This document shows positions 10,667 to 19,197 of a stretch of DNA of 64,000 nucleotides, piece by piece. Each line of letters opens with the position of its first letter. Positions within the stretch are counted from its first letter, which is position 1. This DNA is from an uncultured Neobacillus sp. (GTDB lineage: Bacteria > Bacillota > Bacilli > Bacillales > Cytobacillaceae): the NCBI GenBank assembly GCA_964400595.1, contig CAYNUT010000005.1, forward strand, positions 547 through 64,546, written 5' to 3'. The position numbers and the translations under genes were made by a program. The notes under the pieces are model-generated. The model worked only from the letters and a program-made list of their open reading frames with translations, made no database searches and was not told where the DNA came from.

Positions 10667-11260
10667 ATGACAGCAGAAACAGTTATTACCGGCGGACAAA
10701 TCGTCAAGAAAAAGCTTTTCTTGGCACTATTGGGAGGATTTTTATTTTTGGGAGCCCTCCTCGGAACTTTCGGGCTGACAGGCATGGCAGCAGCAATGCC
10801 ATTAGTCGGCGGCTTTACCGTAAGCTTTGATGAAATGAAAGGCGAAGGCTTTAAGATGTACGGCAGTCTTGCAGACAGTGCGATGAAAAAGAATAACCCT
10901 GTTGCAGTCAATGAAATCGATAAGGCCACCATCACAAATTTAAAAATCAAAAAGACAATTCCGTTCCTGGGGATTAATGCAGTGATTACTGCCAGTCAGC
11001 CGGTTGAGATTACAGGCCTTCAACAGAAAGCTACTTTGATTAATGGTAATGCATCATTTACGGATATGACAATGGCAGAAAAATACGTTGGGGACCGTGA
11101 CCTAAGCGACCCTAAGGTGTTGGCTGGTGCCGCTGCGGAACATTTTTCACAATCTGCAGGAACGATTATAATTACAAATGGCGTTCTTGAAACAGTCTAC
11201 CTATTCCAAAAGACCGTCACGCTGAACGGGATGAAGGTTTCTTTTGAACCAGCAAACTAA
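10667..11260 (+). CDS. Secreted or membrane-anchored beta-rich protein (DUF6230-like)
   Basis: AGGAG RBS, N-terminal KKKLF plus hydrophobic stretch, alternating beta-strand pattern; family name recalled, not searched. Confidence 0.7.
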   Translation: MTAETVITGGQIVKKKLFLALLGGFLFLGALLGTFGLTGMAAAMPLVGGFTVSFDEMKGEGFKMYGSLADSAMKKNNPVAVNEIDKATITNLKIKKTIPFLGINAVITASQPVEITGLQQKATLINGNASFTDMTMAEKYVGDRDLSDPKVLAGAAAEHFSQSAGTIIITNGVLETVYLFQKTVTLNGMKVSFEPAN

Positions 11261-11298
11261 AACTTCAACATAGAACTATTGAGTAAGGATGATAAAAA

Positions 11299-11733
11299 AT
11301 GAACTCGACTTATTCAAAACGAAAGAGGTTTAAAAATTGGCGTGCAAGGCGTCCCTTCTGGGGGGCGACCTTGTCTGTTTTATCGGGACTCGTCATTTTG
11401 GCGGTCCCGGTGCAGCTTTACGAAATCGCTGCCGCCCCGGGAAGTATGATCGTTGTGGGCCTATTGCTGGGTGGACTTACATTGTTAATGGGCATTCTCG
11501 GCTATATTATGCCGAAACTTTCCACACTGCTCGGGATTTTGGCAATTCTTTCATCCGTCTTATCGATTATGGGAGCTTTGGGCGGATTCGTAATCGGCAC
11601 CCTCCTTGGAATTATCGGCGGTTCCATCATGATTGCCTGGAAGCCTGAATTCACGAGCCCAATAGAGCGTGTAGAACATGGCACTATCGCCGACAAAGAG
11701 GTCGCATCCGGGAAAGAAATTTTACCAGATTAA
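11299..11733 (+). CDS. Multi-pass membrane protein (DUF6114-like)
   Basis: FKNWRARRPFWG start and GGFVIGTLLGIIGGSIMIAWKP end, about four TM helices. Confidence 0.75.
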   Translation: MNSTYSKRKRFKNWRARRPFWGATLSVLSGLVILAVPVQLYEIAAAPGSMIVVGLLLGGLTLLMGILGYIMPKLSTLLGILAILSSVLSIMGALGGFVIGTLLGIIGGSIMIAWKPEFTSPIERVEHGTIADKEVASGKEILPD

Positions 11734-11806
11734 CAGCAGTAAGACTGACAGAGAAATAGGGGAATAGGCTTTCCTGTTCCTTATCATCATAGCATTCGGA
11801 GAAACG

Positions 11807-12394
11807 GTGATTATTTTGAAACCTACTATGAGAATTTATAAACTTGTCTTTATTCTTTTCCTGTTCATTTTTGGGCTATTTATCACTTCAAAGGACAGTT
11901 ATGCCACTAATCCTTTAACGGTTGGATATATAATTGAGTCAAGCCAGATGGAAGGAACCATGAAGAGTCTTGATTTAGTTACCGGAGAATCAGTCGATCA
12001 GAAGGATCGGCCGATGCTGGAAATGAAATTTGAAAATGCAACGGTGCAAGATTTAAAGATTAGAAAATTAGTGCAAACCCCAAAAGGACTGGTCACAACC
12101 AGTGTTAAATCAAGCGGGCCTATCTTTTTCAAAACCCTGAATGTGAAGTTCAGCAATGCTGAAAATTTCCAGGAGGTTTATTTGACTGATCAAGGGAATT
12201 TAGGTCTTAAAGGTGTTAACCTATTGGCACATAGTATTACAACTGACAGCACGAACCTTCCCCAGTTTGAAGTAGTTTTCAATGATGGCGGAGATATAGA
12301 AATGATGCCAAAAAGCGAGCAGGAATTAATTGAATTGAAGGCGGGGCTGGAGCAATTAATAAAATCCCTTGAAAGAAATATGCAGCAACCATAA
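11807..12394 (+). CDS. Secreted beta-rich protein, distant paralog of 10667..11260
   Basis: Signal peptide ending SYA; GYIIESSQMEG and PMLEMKFENATVQDLKIRK align with GFTVSFDEMKG and PVAVNEIDKATITNLKIKK. Confidence 0.7.
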   Translation: MIILKPTMRIYKLVFILFLFIFGLFITSKDSYATNPLTVGYIIESSQMEGTMKSLDLVTGESVDQKDRPMLEMKFENATVQDLKIRKLVQTPKGLVTTSVKSSGPIFFKTLNVKFSNAENFQEVYLTDQGNLGLKGVNLLAHSITTDSTNLPQFEVVFNDGGDIEMMPKSEQELIELKAGLEQLIKSLERNMQQP

Positions 12395-12430
12395 AAAGAA
12401 GCGATGCCGTGAAGCATCGCTTCTTTTTTC
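12394..12430 (+). terminator. Rho-independent terminator
   Basis: AAAGAAGCGATGC...GCATCGCTTCTTTTTT. Confidence 0.85.
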
Positions 12431-12549
12431 TCAAGATGCGTAAACAAAAAGAACCATAATCTCCTGGATTAATAAGAGCTTATGGTTCTTAGTGTTGATA
12501 GGATGGTTTTATGGTTGACAGCTGTGCATTCTCCTATTTCACAGTATAA

Positions 12550-13200
12550 TTATAGAGTTTTGACAAGTTCATTAAAGCTGCTTTTGCCGCGTTCGACAAG
12601 GCTTAAATGAGCGTTTCTTGCAAGCTTCACATATTCTTTTCTAACCTTTAACCATGCGTTCCTGCGTTCACGGGCAAAGGCAATATTGGATTCTGCATTT
12701 TTTTCGAAATTGTCTTCAAGCTGATCAATAACATTTACAATAGATTTTATTGGAGTTAACATAAGCTTCTCTAACTGACCGGATACTTCTTTCAGTTGCT
12801 TTTTAAGTTCTTCCCGATCATCAGAGATAGTAGCAGCAACTTCCTTATCTTCTTCTCTGCGGGTATTGATTTGATGCATTAATTCAGAAAACATTTCTTT
12901 GTTTGTTTTTTTGGATTGCTCATACAATTTTGAGATAGATTTCCGGTATTGCTTGTTAAACTTAATGACTTCCCTTACTGCGTTAAGATAAGCATCCTCC
13001 CTATTTTCCCGTAGCTGTTCTTCGCGTTCACGTGATTGCTCATACTGATCCCAAAATGTGTTGACAAATGAACCTTTGTTTACCGGTTCTTCAACTGCAG
13101 GAATGACTTTTTCTTCAACTGCCTTAATTACTTTTTCTTCAGCAGCTGGAATAACTTTTTCTTCAACAGCTGGAACCGTTTCATTTTTCTTCTGAGCCAT
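12550..13200 (-). CDS. phaP: PhaP-like phasin (PHA granule protein), copy A1
   Basis: Helical protein directly downstream of phaQ; FVNTFWDQY resembles the Bacillus PhaP N-terminus. Confidence 0.65.
   Translation of the reverse strand: MAQKKNETVPAVEEKVIPAAEEKVIKAVEEKVIPAVEEPVNKGSFVNTFWDQYEQSREREEQLRENREDAYLNAVREVIKFNKQYRKSISKLYEQSKKTNKEMFSELMHQINTRREEDKEVAATISDDREELKKQLKEVSGQLEKLMLTPIKSIVNVIDQLEDNFEKNAESNIAFARERRNAWLKVRKEYVKLARNAHLSLVERGKSSFNELVKTL
13087..13176 (-). repeat. Four imperfect 24-bp tandem repeats within phaP
   Basis: Encodes VPAVEEKV-IPAAEEKV-IKAVEEKV-IPAVEEPV. Confidence 0.9.
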
Positions 13201-13618
13201 CGTCTTTCCTCCTCCTACTATTATTTACTTTCTCTATTGAATCCTTCTTCTGAAAGGAAGGAATATAGAGCTCAAAGAAACTGGTATACATTTTAAAGAA
13301 TTGATCTAGCAGCGATTGATACGTTTCAAGTTGATTAGCATAGCCTTTTAGGTATGTAACACCAGCTTTTGTAATGGAATACCTTCTTTTGGCTGGACCA
13401 CTTCCAGTTGTATCCCACTCCGAAGATACGAGCTCGTCCTTTTCAAGCTGTCTTAACAATCTGTATAAATTCCCTTGGTCAAGCGTTCTAAACCCAAATG
13501 CCTCCAGCTTCTGGCTGAGTTCATATCCATGAAGAGAAACCTTGCTAAGAAGCAATAAAATAAATGGCAGCACAAAATTTTTAGATGGATTTACTGTTTG
13601 ATTGTCTTGGTTTACCAT
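13181..13618 (-). CDS. phaQ: PadR-family PHB-responsive repressor PhaQ
   Basis: KNFVLPFILLLL...LHGYEL...DQGNLYRLLRQLEK...WDTTGSGPAKRRYSIT; overlaps phaP. Confidence 0.88.
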   Translation of the reverse strand: MVNQDNQTVNPSKNFVLPFILLLLSKVSLHGYELSQKLEAFGFRTLDQGNLYRLLRQLEKDELVSSEWDTTGSGPAKRRYSITKAGVTYLKGYANQLETYQSLLDQFFKMYTSFFELYIPSFQKKDSIEKVNNSRRRKDDGSEEK

Positions 13619-13632
13619 ATCTTTATCACCTC

Positions 13633-13672
13633 ACCTATATGTATTTTACACCTATCAGTAATATTTTGTCAA
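13633..13672 (-). promoter_or_regulatory. SigA-type promoter with overlapping putative PhaQ operator
   Basis: TTGACA-N18-TAAAAT on the minus strand; imperfect palindrome TAGGTGTAAAATACATATA over the -10; same layout recurs at 42860-42898. Confidence 0.65.
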
Positions 13673-13764
13673 TATGTAAAATATATATAAATAAAAATCA
13701 CATTTAACCGTTTACATTTTACTAAAGTTGGTAATAAACTAAATAAAATGAAAGGTGGTGTAAA

Positions 13765-14547
13765 ATGGAAAAGACAAAAATGAGCCAAGCGGGGGTTCCT
13801 TTTTTGCATCTGGGCAGGGGTGAACCGCTGGTGCTGATTCATGGTTTAGGAGAAGTTAAGGAATCGTGGCAGAATCAATATGAATTAGCGGATCAATATG
13901 AATTGATTATTCCGGATTTGCGTGGTCATGGGGAATGTTCGAAAAAAGAAGGAATTACCATTCATAATTTCGCCTCTGATGTCATTGGATTATTGAAAGA
14001 GTTAGATATTGAGAACGCTCACATTCTGGGCCTATCTATGGGCGGGGCTGTTGCGCAGGAAATTTACCATCAAGCTCCCTCCATGGTCCGTTCCCTTTTG
14101 CTGATTAGTTCATTTCATTATTTGCCAAAAGAACTAAAGTGCTTGATCTTTAAAAAACATAAAGCACTGTTTGAAGAACTATCATTAAATGGAATTGAAG
14201 TGGAGTATATCTCACGGATGGCCCTTTATTCATGGAGAAAAGACACAGTGGAGGAATTCGGACACTTCTTTAAACCAAAGCTTGATATTTTTCTTGATTC
14301 TTTTAGGGCATGCCTTGAGGTCGATAATTTAGCATTGCTGCCAACAATTAAGGTCCCAACACTGATTATCGGAAGTCAATATGATTCCGTTTTACCAATC
14401 TGGATTCAAGCATGGATGCATAAGCTAATCCCAAATTCTCAATTTATCATCATGAGGAATACCGGTCATATTGCAAAACTGGAAGCAAAAGACCGGTTTA
14501 ACCGGCACCTCCGGTCATTCCTCAAACAGCAAAAATTTGCTGCCTAA
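13765..14547 (+). CDS. Alpha/beta hydrolase (candidate PHA depolymerase/esterase), paralog 1
   Basis: HGLG, PDLRGHG, GLSMGG nucleophile, QYD, TGH. Confidence 0.85.
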   Translation: MEKTKMSQAGVPFLHLGRGEPLVLIHGLGEVKESWQNQYELADQYELIIPDLRGHGECSKKEGITIHNFASDVIGLLKELDIENAHILGLSMGGAVAQEIYHQAPSMVRSLLLISSFHYLPKELKCLIFKKHKALFEELSLNGIEVEYISRMALYSWRKDTVEEFGHFFKPKLDIFLDSFRACLEVDNLALLPTIKVPTLIIGSQYDSVLPIWIQAWMHKLIPNSQFIIMRNTGHIAKLEAKDRFNRHLRSFLKQQKFAA

Positions 14548-14620
14548 TATATTATTTGCGGGAAGGATATGGGTGGGGGCCCTGACTTCCCGCTAATAAT
14601 TATATTCATTTGTCCTCAGT

Positions 14621-15703
14621 TTATATGAGAACTTCTTGAATTTCTTGTGAATGTGTGGATAGCCATGGGTCAACAATGCCGGCAAATTCTCCAGTCAACA
14701 TGATTGATACATGACCTCCCTCATATACTTCATACGTCTTATCCTCACTGGAAACAAGGTCCATTATTGGAAGCCCCTGCTTTTCTTTTATCAGTGTATC
14801 CTTTGTCAAAGCATACACGCACAACGGGCATTTAATATTCTTTAAATCGACTTTCCTGCCTTCTATCACAATTTCTCCTTTAATGAGTTTATTGTCCCTA
14901 TAAAGGTCATTAAAGAATTGTTTATACGCGGCACCGGCAAATGAGGCGGTATCTTTTGTCCATTTATCCATTCGGCGCCACTTTTCTACATATTTCTCAT
15001 CATGCGCACGCGTGATTAAATTGATGGAAGGAGCTCCATAAATCGGGTTAAGCATCCGAAACATTAAATAGAGAAAAACGGATGGCAGGGTTTCATATGC
15101 ATTTGCAAATCGGTCAAAACTCAGCTCCCCTTTTTGCAGTCCATCAAGCCAGGCTTGCGGAACAATGCCGATACTAAAATCAATGGGTGTTGCTGCGATC
15201 ACTAAATTTTTGATTGGCAAATCAGTAATCGAAGCAAGCATCGCTGCCAGTGTACCGCCAAGGCAGTAGCCCACTAAGGAAATTTCCTCTGCATTTGAAT
15301 GCCTTAGCGCCCGTTTTAATCCTTTTTCAAGATAATCAACTACATAATTATCCAGGGAAATATCGCTGTCTTCCAATCCTGGGGATCCCCAATCCAGCAG
15401 GTAAACATCATAGCCCCGTTCAGTCAGACCGCCGACCACGCTGCTCCCTTCCCCTACATCCAAAATGTACGCTTTATTCAAAAGAGAGTACACCATAAAG
15501 ACCGGGGTTTCGTATTTCTTTTCTTTAGCCGGATAGTACCATAGGCTGGACTTGTTCTTTCTCCAGACAAGCTGTCTAGGAGTAGGAATAATGTCAGGTT
15601 TCGGTTCCATGGCAATTTTATAAAGGTGATTCCAGCGTTTTGTTTCTTTTTCTAAATTTAACCGCGGGATAAAATTGGTTTTCAGTCGATTAGCGCTCAT
15701 CAT
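14621..15703 (-). CDS. phaC: Class III/IV PHA synthase catalytic subunit, copy 1
   Basis: TPRQLVWRKNK, YSLLNKAYILD, DVYLLDWG, GYCLGG (Cys), KD (Asp), GGHVS (His). Confidence 0.85.
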   Translation of the reverse strand: MMSANRLKTNFIPRLNLEKETKRWNHLYKIAMEPKPDIIPTPRQLVWRKNKSSLWYYPAKEKKYETPVFMVYSLLNKAYILDVGEGSSVVGGLTERGYDVYLLDWGSPGLEDSDISLDNYVVDYLEKGLKRALRHSNAEEISLVGYCLGGTLAAMLASITDLPIKNLVIAATPIDFSIGIVPQAWLDGLQKGELSFDRFANAYETLPSVFLYLMFRMLNPIYGAPSINLITRAHDEKYVEKWRRMDKWTKDTASFAGAAYKQFFNDLYRDNKLIKGEIVIEGRKVDLKNIKCPLCVYALTKDTLIKEKQGLPIMDLVSSEDKTYEVYEGGHVSIMLTGEFAGIVDPWLSTHSQEIQEVLI

Positions 15704-15721
15704 AAATTGGTCCCCCCTTTT

Positions 15722-16294
15722 TTATTTTTGTTTGTCTGATCCAGTGAGCACTAATTCTTTGTCCAGTTCTTTTTTGGACTCTCTTTTCTTTTCTTTTCCC
15801 ACTAGTCCTTTTAATTCAGAAATATCCTTTTTGATGTCCGCCAGCTGGGCCAGCTCCTTTTGAAGGCTGCTATTTATGCTTTTTGATGCGGCAAGCTCCT
15901 GGGTGTTTTTTTCCAGTTCACCCTTCAGCAAATTGACACTTTGCACTACTTCTTGAAGGAATTTTAGATTTTCTTTGTTTAGTTCCACCATTCTATCCTG
16001 AATAGTCCACAATTGCTCTTCTAAAAGATCTATTTTTTCTTCTGCTTGAATAGATAGCTTTGCAACCTTTGCAACATCCTTTTTTGTAGGGATATTCATT
16101 AGACCTGCAATAATCTCCTGATTTCTTCTTAAAAGCTCCATGTAACGGGAATGGGCATCAAGGCCTAAATTGACAGTTCGGACAAATGGCTTATTGTCTG
16201 CTGTCCTAAACAACAAATTAGTAAATTGTTTTTCCCATATTCCAGTGATCAGCTTAAATCCCTCAAACGGATCGTACGTTTTTTCATTGCTCAT
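15722..16294 (-). CDS. phaR: Class IV PHA synthase subunit PhaR, copy 1
   Basis: YDPF N-terminus and NIPTKKDVAKVAKLSIQAEEKIDLLEEQ motif; start placed at MSNEK. Confidence 0.8.
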   Translation of the reverse strand: MSNEKTYDPFEGFKLITGIWEKQFTNLLFRTADNKPFVRTVNLGLDAHSRYMELLRRNQEIIAGLMNIPTKKDVAKVAKLSIQAEEKIDLLEEQLWTIQDRMVELNKENLKFLQEVVQSVNLLKGELEKNTQELAASKSINSSLQKELAQLADIKKDISELKGLVGKEKKRESKKELDKELVLTGSDKQK

Positions 16295-16313
16295 TCTTGT
16301 TCGCTCCTTAGCA

Positions 16314-17060
16314 TTAAGATTTTGCATGTTCTTCTGTCTTTTCCATATATTTATTTAGTGGGAACATTAACGTCTTGATTTGTCTTGCAAACAGATTGAC
16401 AAAACCCCTTTGATTTTCATAGATGAGATTGCCTGCCTGTTTTACGGCATTGATATATTGCATCCTGCCTTTTTTCCGCAGTTCAATATATTGATTTATG
16501 ACTTCAAGATACTTGTTCATGACTTGATAGTTTGAAATGGCTTGACAAGGCTTGCTTAGGAGCGTCATGGTTCTCTGTTGAATTTGGTCAATCTGCGAGT
16601 TGATTTCTTCGTAGGACCGGATTGGGAAGAAGTGCTGCAGGGTGGTTGTCGACATTAAAAGTTCCTCCCGGGCAGTTCTCTCCCACTCAGCAAGCTCCTT
16701 GTTAAACTGCGCGGCAATGGCCTTCAGGTTTCCTTGATTCCTTTGGACACTTTCGGCAAAATTCTTCGAAGCATTTAAAAATACCTCATCACGATAATCA
16801 GATCGTTTTGCCCATTCGTCAATTTCACTAAATGCATGGCGCCAAAGCATGTCTAAGCTTGAAATCTGTTCCTCATTATCCACATTTTCAGCGATGGCTT
16901 CTTCTTCCGGTTTTACCTTAAGAACATGCTCTTCTAGGTCTTTTTTAACGGTTCCAGCCTTCTGTTTTTCTTCCACTGCTGCGGTGGTTTCTTCCTCCGC
17001 TTTCTTTCTCCTTGGCTTTGATTCCTTCACTACTTCTTTTTCATTCTCTTTTTCTGCCAT
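16314..17060 (-). CDS. Second PhaP-like helical protein, copy B1
   Basis: LDMLW...SYEEINSQIDQIQ resembles PhaP; paralog of 45536..46156. Confidence 0.6.
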   Translation of the reverse strand: MAEKENEKEVVKESKPRRKKAEEETTAAVEEKQKAGTVKKDLEEHVLKVKPEEEAIAENVDNEEQISSLDMLWRHAFSEIDEWAKRSDYRDEVFLNASKNFAESVQRNQGNLKAIAAQFNKELAEWERTAREELLMSTTTLQHFFPIRSYEEINSQIDQIQQRTMTLLSKPCQAISNYQVMNKYLEVINQYIELRKKGRMQYINAVKQAGNLIYENQRGFVNLFARQIKTLMFPLNKYMEKTEEHAKS

Positions 17061-17169
17061 CTTGATCCGCATCCTTTATAAAAATTTAAAAAACTTGAAA
17101 ACTATTTTTATGTTAGTAGAATCATGCAGATAATTCAGTATTACAAAGGCTGTCTCATTCAATGATTAT

Positions 17170-18801
17170 TTACACTTGGACTTTTTCTTCCTCTTTTCGC
17201 AGCATCCTTCTCAATAATTTGCCGACTGCTGATTTAGGTAGTTCATCTAGTATTTCAATTTCTTTAGGCACTTTATAAGGAGCCATATTAAGCTTTACAA
17301 AATCAATCAGTTCATTAGTTGAAACAATCGCACCTGGCTTTAATTTAACAAATGCCTTAACTGTTTCCCCCCGGTACTCATCAGGAACCCCGATAACAAT
17401 GGCTTCCTCAACCGCTTCATGCTGGTATAATACTTCTTCAATTTCACGAGGGTAAACATTGTAGCCGCTGGCGATAATGATATCTTTCTTGCGATCTAGT
17501 ATATAGAAGTAACCATCTTCATCCATTTTTGCAATATCACCCGTAAAGAGCCATCCGTCCCTCAAAACCATATCTGTATCACCCGGCCGTTTCCAATATC
17601 CCTTCATAACTTGAGGACCGCGCAGAATTAATTCACCTGCTTCCCCGACAGGCACATTCGCAAACCCATCTTCTGTTTCTCTGACTATTCTAGCCTCTGT
17701 CCCAGGTAAAGGAATACCGACACTTCCTAATTTGCGAGGGAGAAATGGTGGTGTTGAAATGGCTGATGGTGCTGTTTCCGAAAGCCCGTATCCGTCTGCT
17801 AATCTTACACCGACTCTTTTCTCAAACTTTTTAGCCTGTTCAACAGGAAGCGGTGCACCACCGCTGGATAAGTAAAAAATATCGCCGATATTACTTTCTT
17901 CTAAATGCGGATGACTATTTAATGCAAAAATCATGGTTGGTACTGCCGTGAGCTGGAATGGTTTCTCCCGTTTGATTAACTCCAATACCTCATTTACATC
18001 AAATCGGGGCAAAATCAGCTGGTTACATCCAATTCTAATGGCCGAAAGCGCATTACATGACAGTCCATAAACATGAAACATAGGCAAAACACTGACAATT
18101 TTGAAGTTCTCCGGCTTTTCATCAACAGCATTATAGGTGAAATCACAAACCTGAATAATATTGGCCAAAAGATTATAATGTGTAAGCATGACTCCCTTGG
18201 AAACCCCTGTTGTTCCACCGGTATACTGTAGCAGTGCGACATCTTCCATTATGTCGATTGGAATTTCCGGGATAATATTATCATGGGTAAGAAAGTCTTC
18301 GAAATAAAGATCGCCTTCAGCGAGCTCCGCTCGATTGCCGCCAAAACCAACTACAATGACTTTTTTCAACGATGTTTTTGCCTGTACCTGTTTTACTCTA
18401 GGGTATAAGGCTTCAAAAACAACCATGTATTCTGATTCAGAATCATTAAGAACATATTCAATTTCTCTTTCCACATACATCGGATTGACTTGTACAGCGA
18501 TACCGCCTAAACGAAATGATGCGAATAAACTAAATATGTAATGCGGGGAATTAGGAAGCATGATGGCGATCCGATCACCCTTTTTAAATCCAATCCGATA
18601 TAACGATGCGGCGAGCCATTCCGAAACCATTCTTGTTTCCCTATAGCTCCATGATCTGCCGTAAAAGGTGAGAGCAGGTTTTTCATTATGGATGTTTGCT
18701 GCCTGCCTTAATAGGTCAAACAGAGATTCGTACTCAATCGAAATGTTTTCACTAATCCTCGAATCATAAAACTTTAACCATGGTTTCTTCTGATAATCCA
18801 A
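17170..18801 (-). CDS. Long-chain-fatty-acid-CoA ligase-type acyl-CoA synthetase, paralog 1
   Basis: QYTGGTTGVSKG, GYGLSE, TGD, SGYNVYPREIEE, LPKSAVGK. Confidence 0.93.
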   Translation of the reverse strand: MDYQKKPWLKFYDSRISENISIEYESLFDLLRQAANIHNEKPALTFYGRSWSYRETRMVSEWLAASLYRIGFKKGDRIAIMLPNSPHYIFSLFASFRLGGIAVQVNPMYVEREIEYVLNDSESEYMVVFEALYPRVKQVQAKTSLKKVIVVGFGGNRAELAEGDLYFEDFLTHDNIIPEIPIDIMEDVALLQYTGGTTGVSKGVMLTHYNLLANIIQVCDFTYNAVDEKPENFKIVSVLPMFHVYGLSCNALSAIRIGCNQLILPRFDVNEVLELIKREKPFQLTAVPTMIFALNSHPHLEESNIGDIFYLSSGGAPLPVEQAKKFEKRVGVRLADGYGLSETAPSAISTPPFLPRKLGSVGIPLPGTEARIVRETEDGFANVPVGEAGELILRGPQVMKGYWKRPGDTDMVLRDGWLFTGDIAKMDEDGYFYILDRKKDIIIASGYNVYPREIEEVLYQHEAVEEAIVIGVPDEYRGETVKAFVKLKPGAIVSTNELIDFVKLNMAPYKVPKEIEILDELPKSAVGKLLRRMLRKEEEKVQV

Positions 18802-18913
18802 AATTTTCCCCTCCTTAATTTTCCGCCAATTTCATCTAGAGGATGCAACCATTTTACTTGTTTTGAAGTTGGAAGAAGTTGTAACCACTTAAATTATTGG
18901 TTTAAAAAAAGGT

Positions 18914-18955
18914 TTTGTAAACGCGCCGATTTCGACACAATTCACCAGTTTCTAC
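18914..18955 (-). promoter_or_regulatory. Conserved upstream block of the acyl-CoA ligases (copy 1)
   Basis: TTTGTAAAC-N9-TCGACACAATTC; includes TGTCGAA (Spo0A-box match) on the minus strand. Confidence 0.6.
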
Positions 18956-19197
18956 GAAACCGAGAGGAGGAGAGGACCTTATATGACAAATTATAACAAA
19001 ATCTCACGGTATTTGACGGAAATTTTTATATATTATGACAAATACTAATTATTGTTCACAAAATTTTCGAAAATTTCCATTTCTAATGCTCAAAAGACAA
19101 GTTATAGCACAAAAGGATTTTCATTTAAACCTGCTATATACAGTAAAAATCAATTTGAAATCAGCCCCAGAAAACTGGGACTGATTTTCACCTTTTA

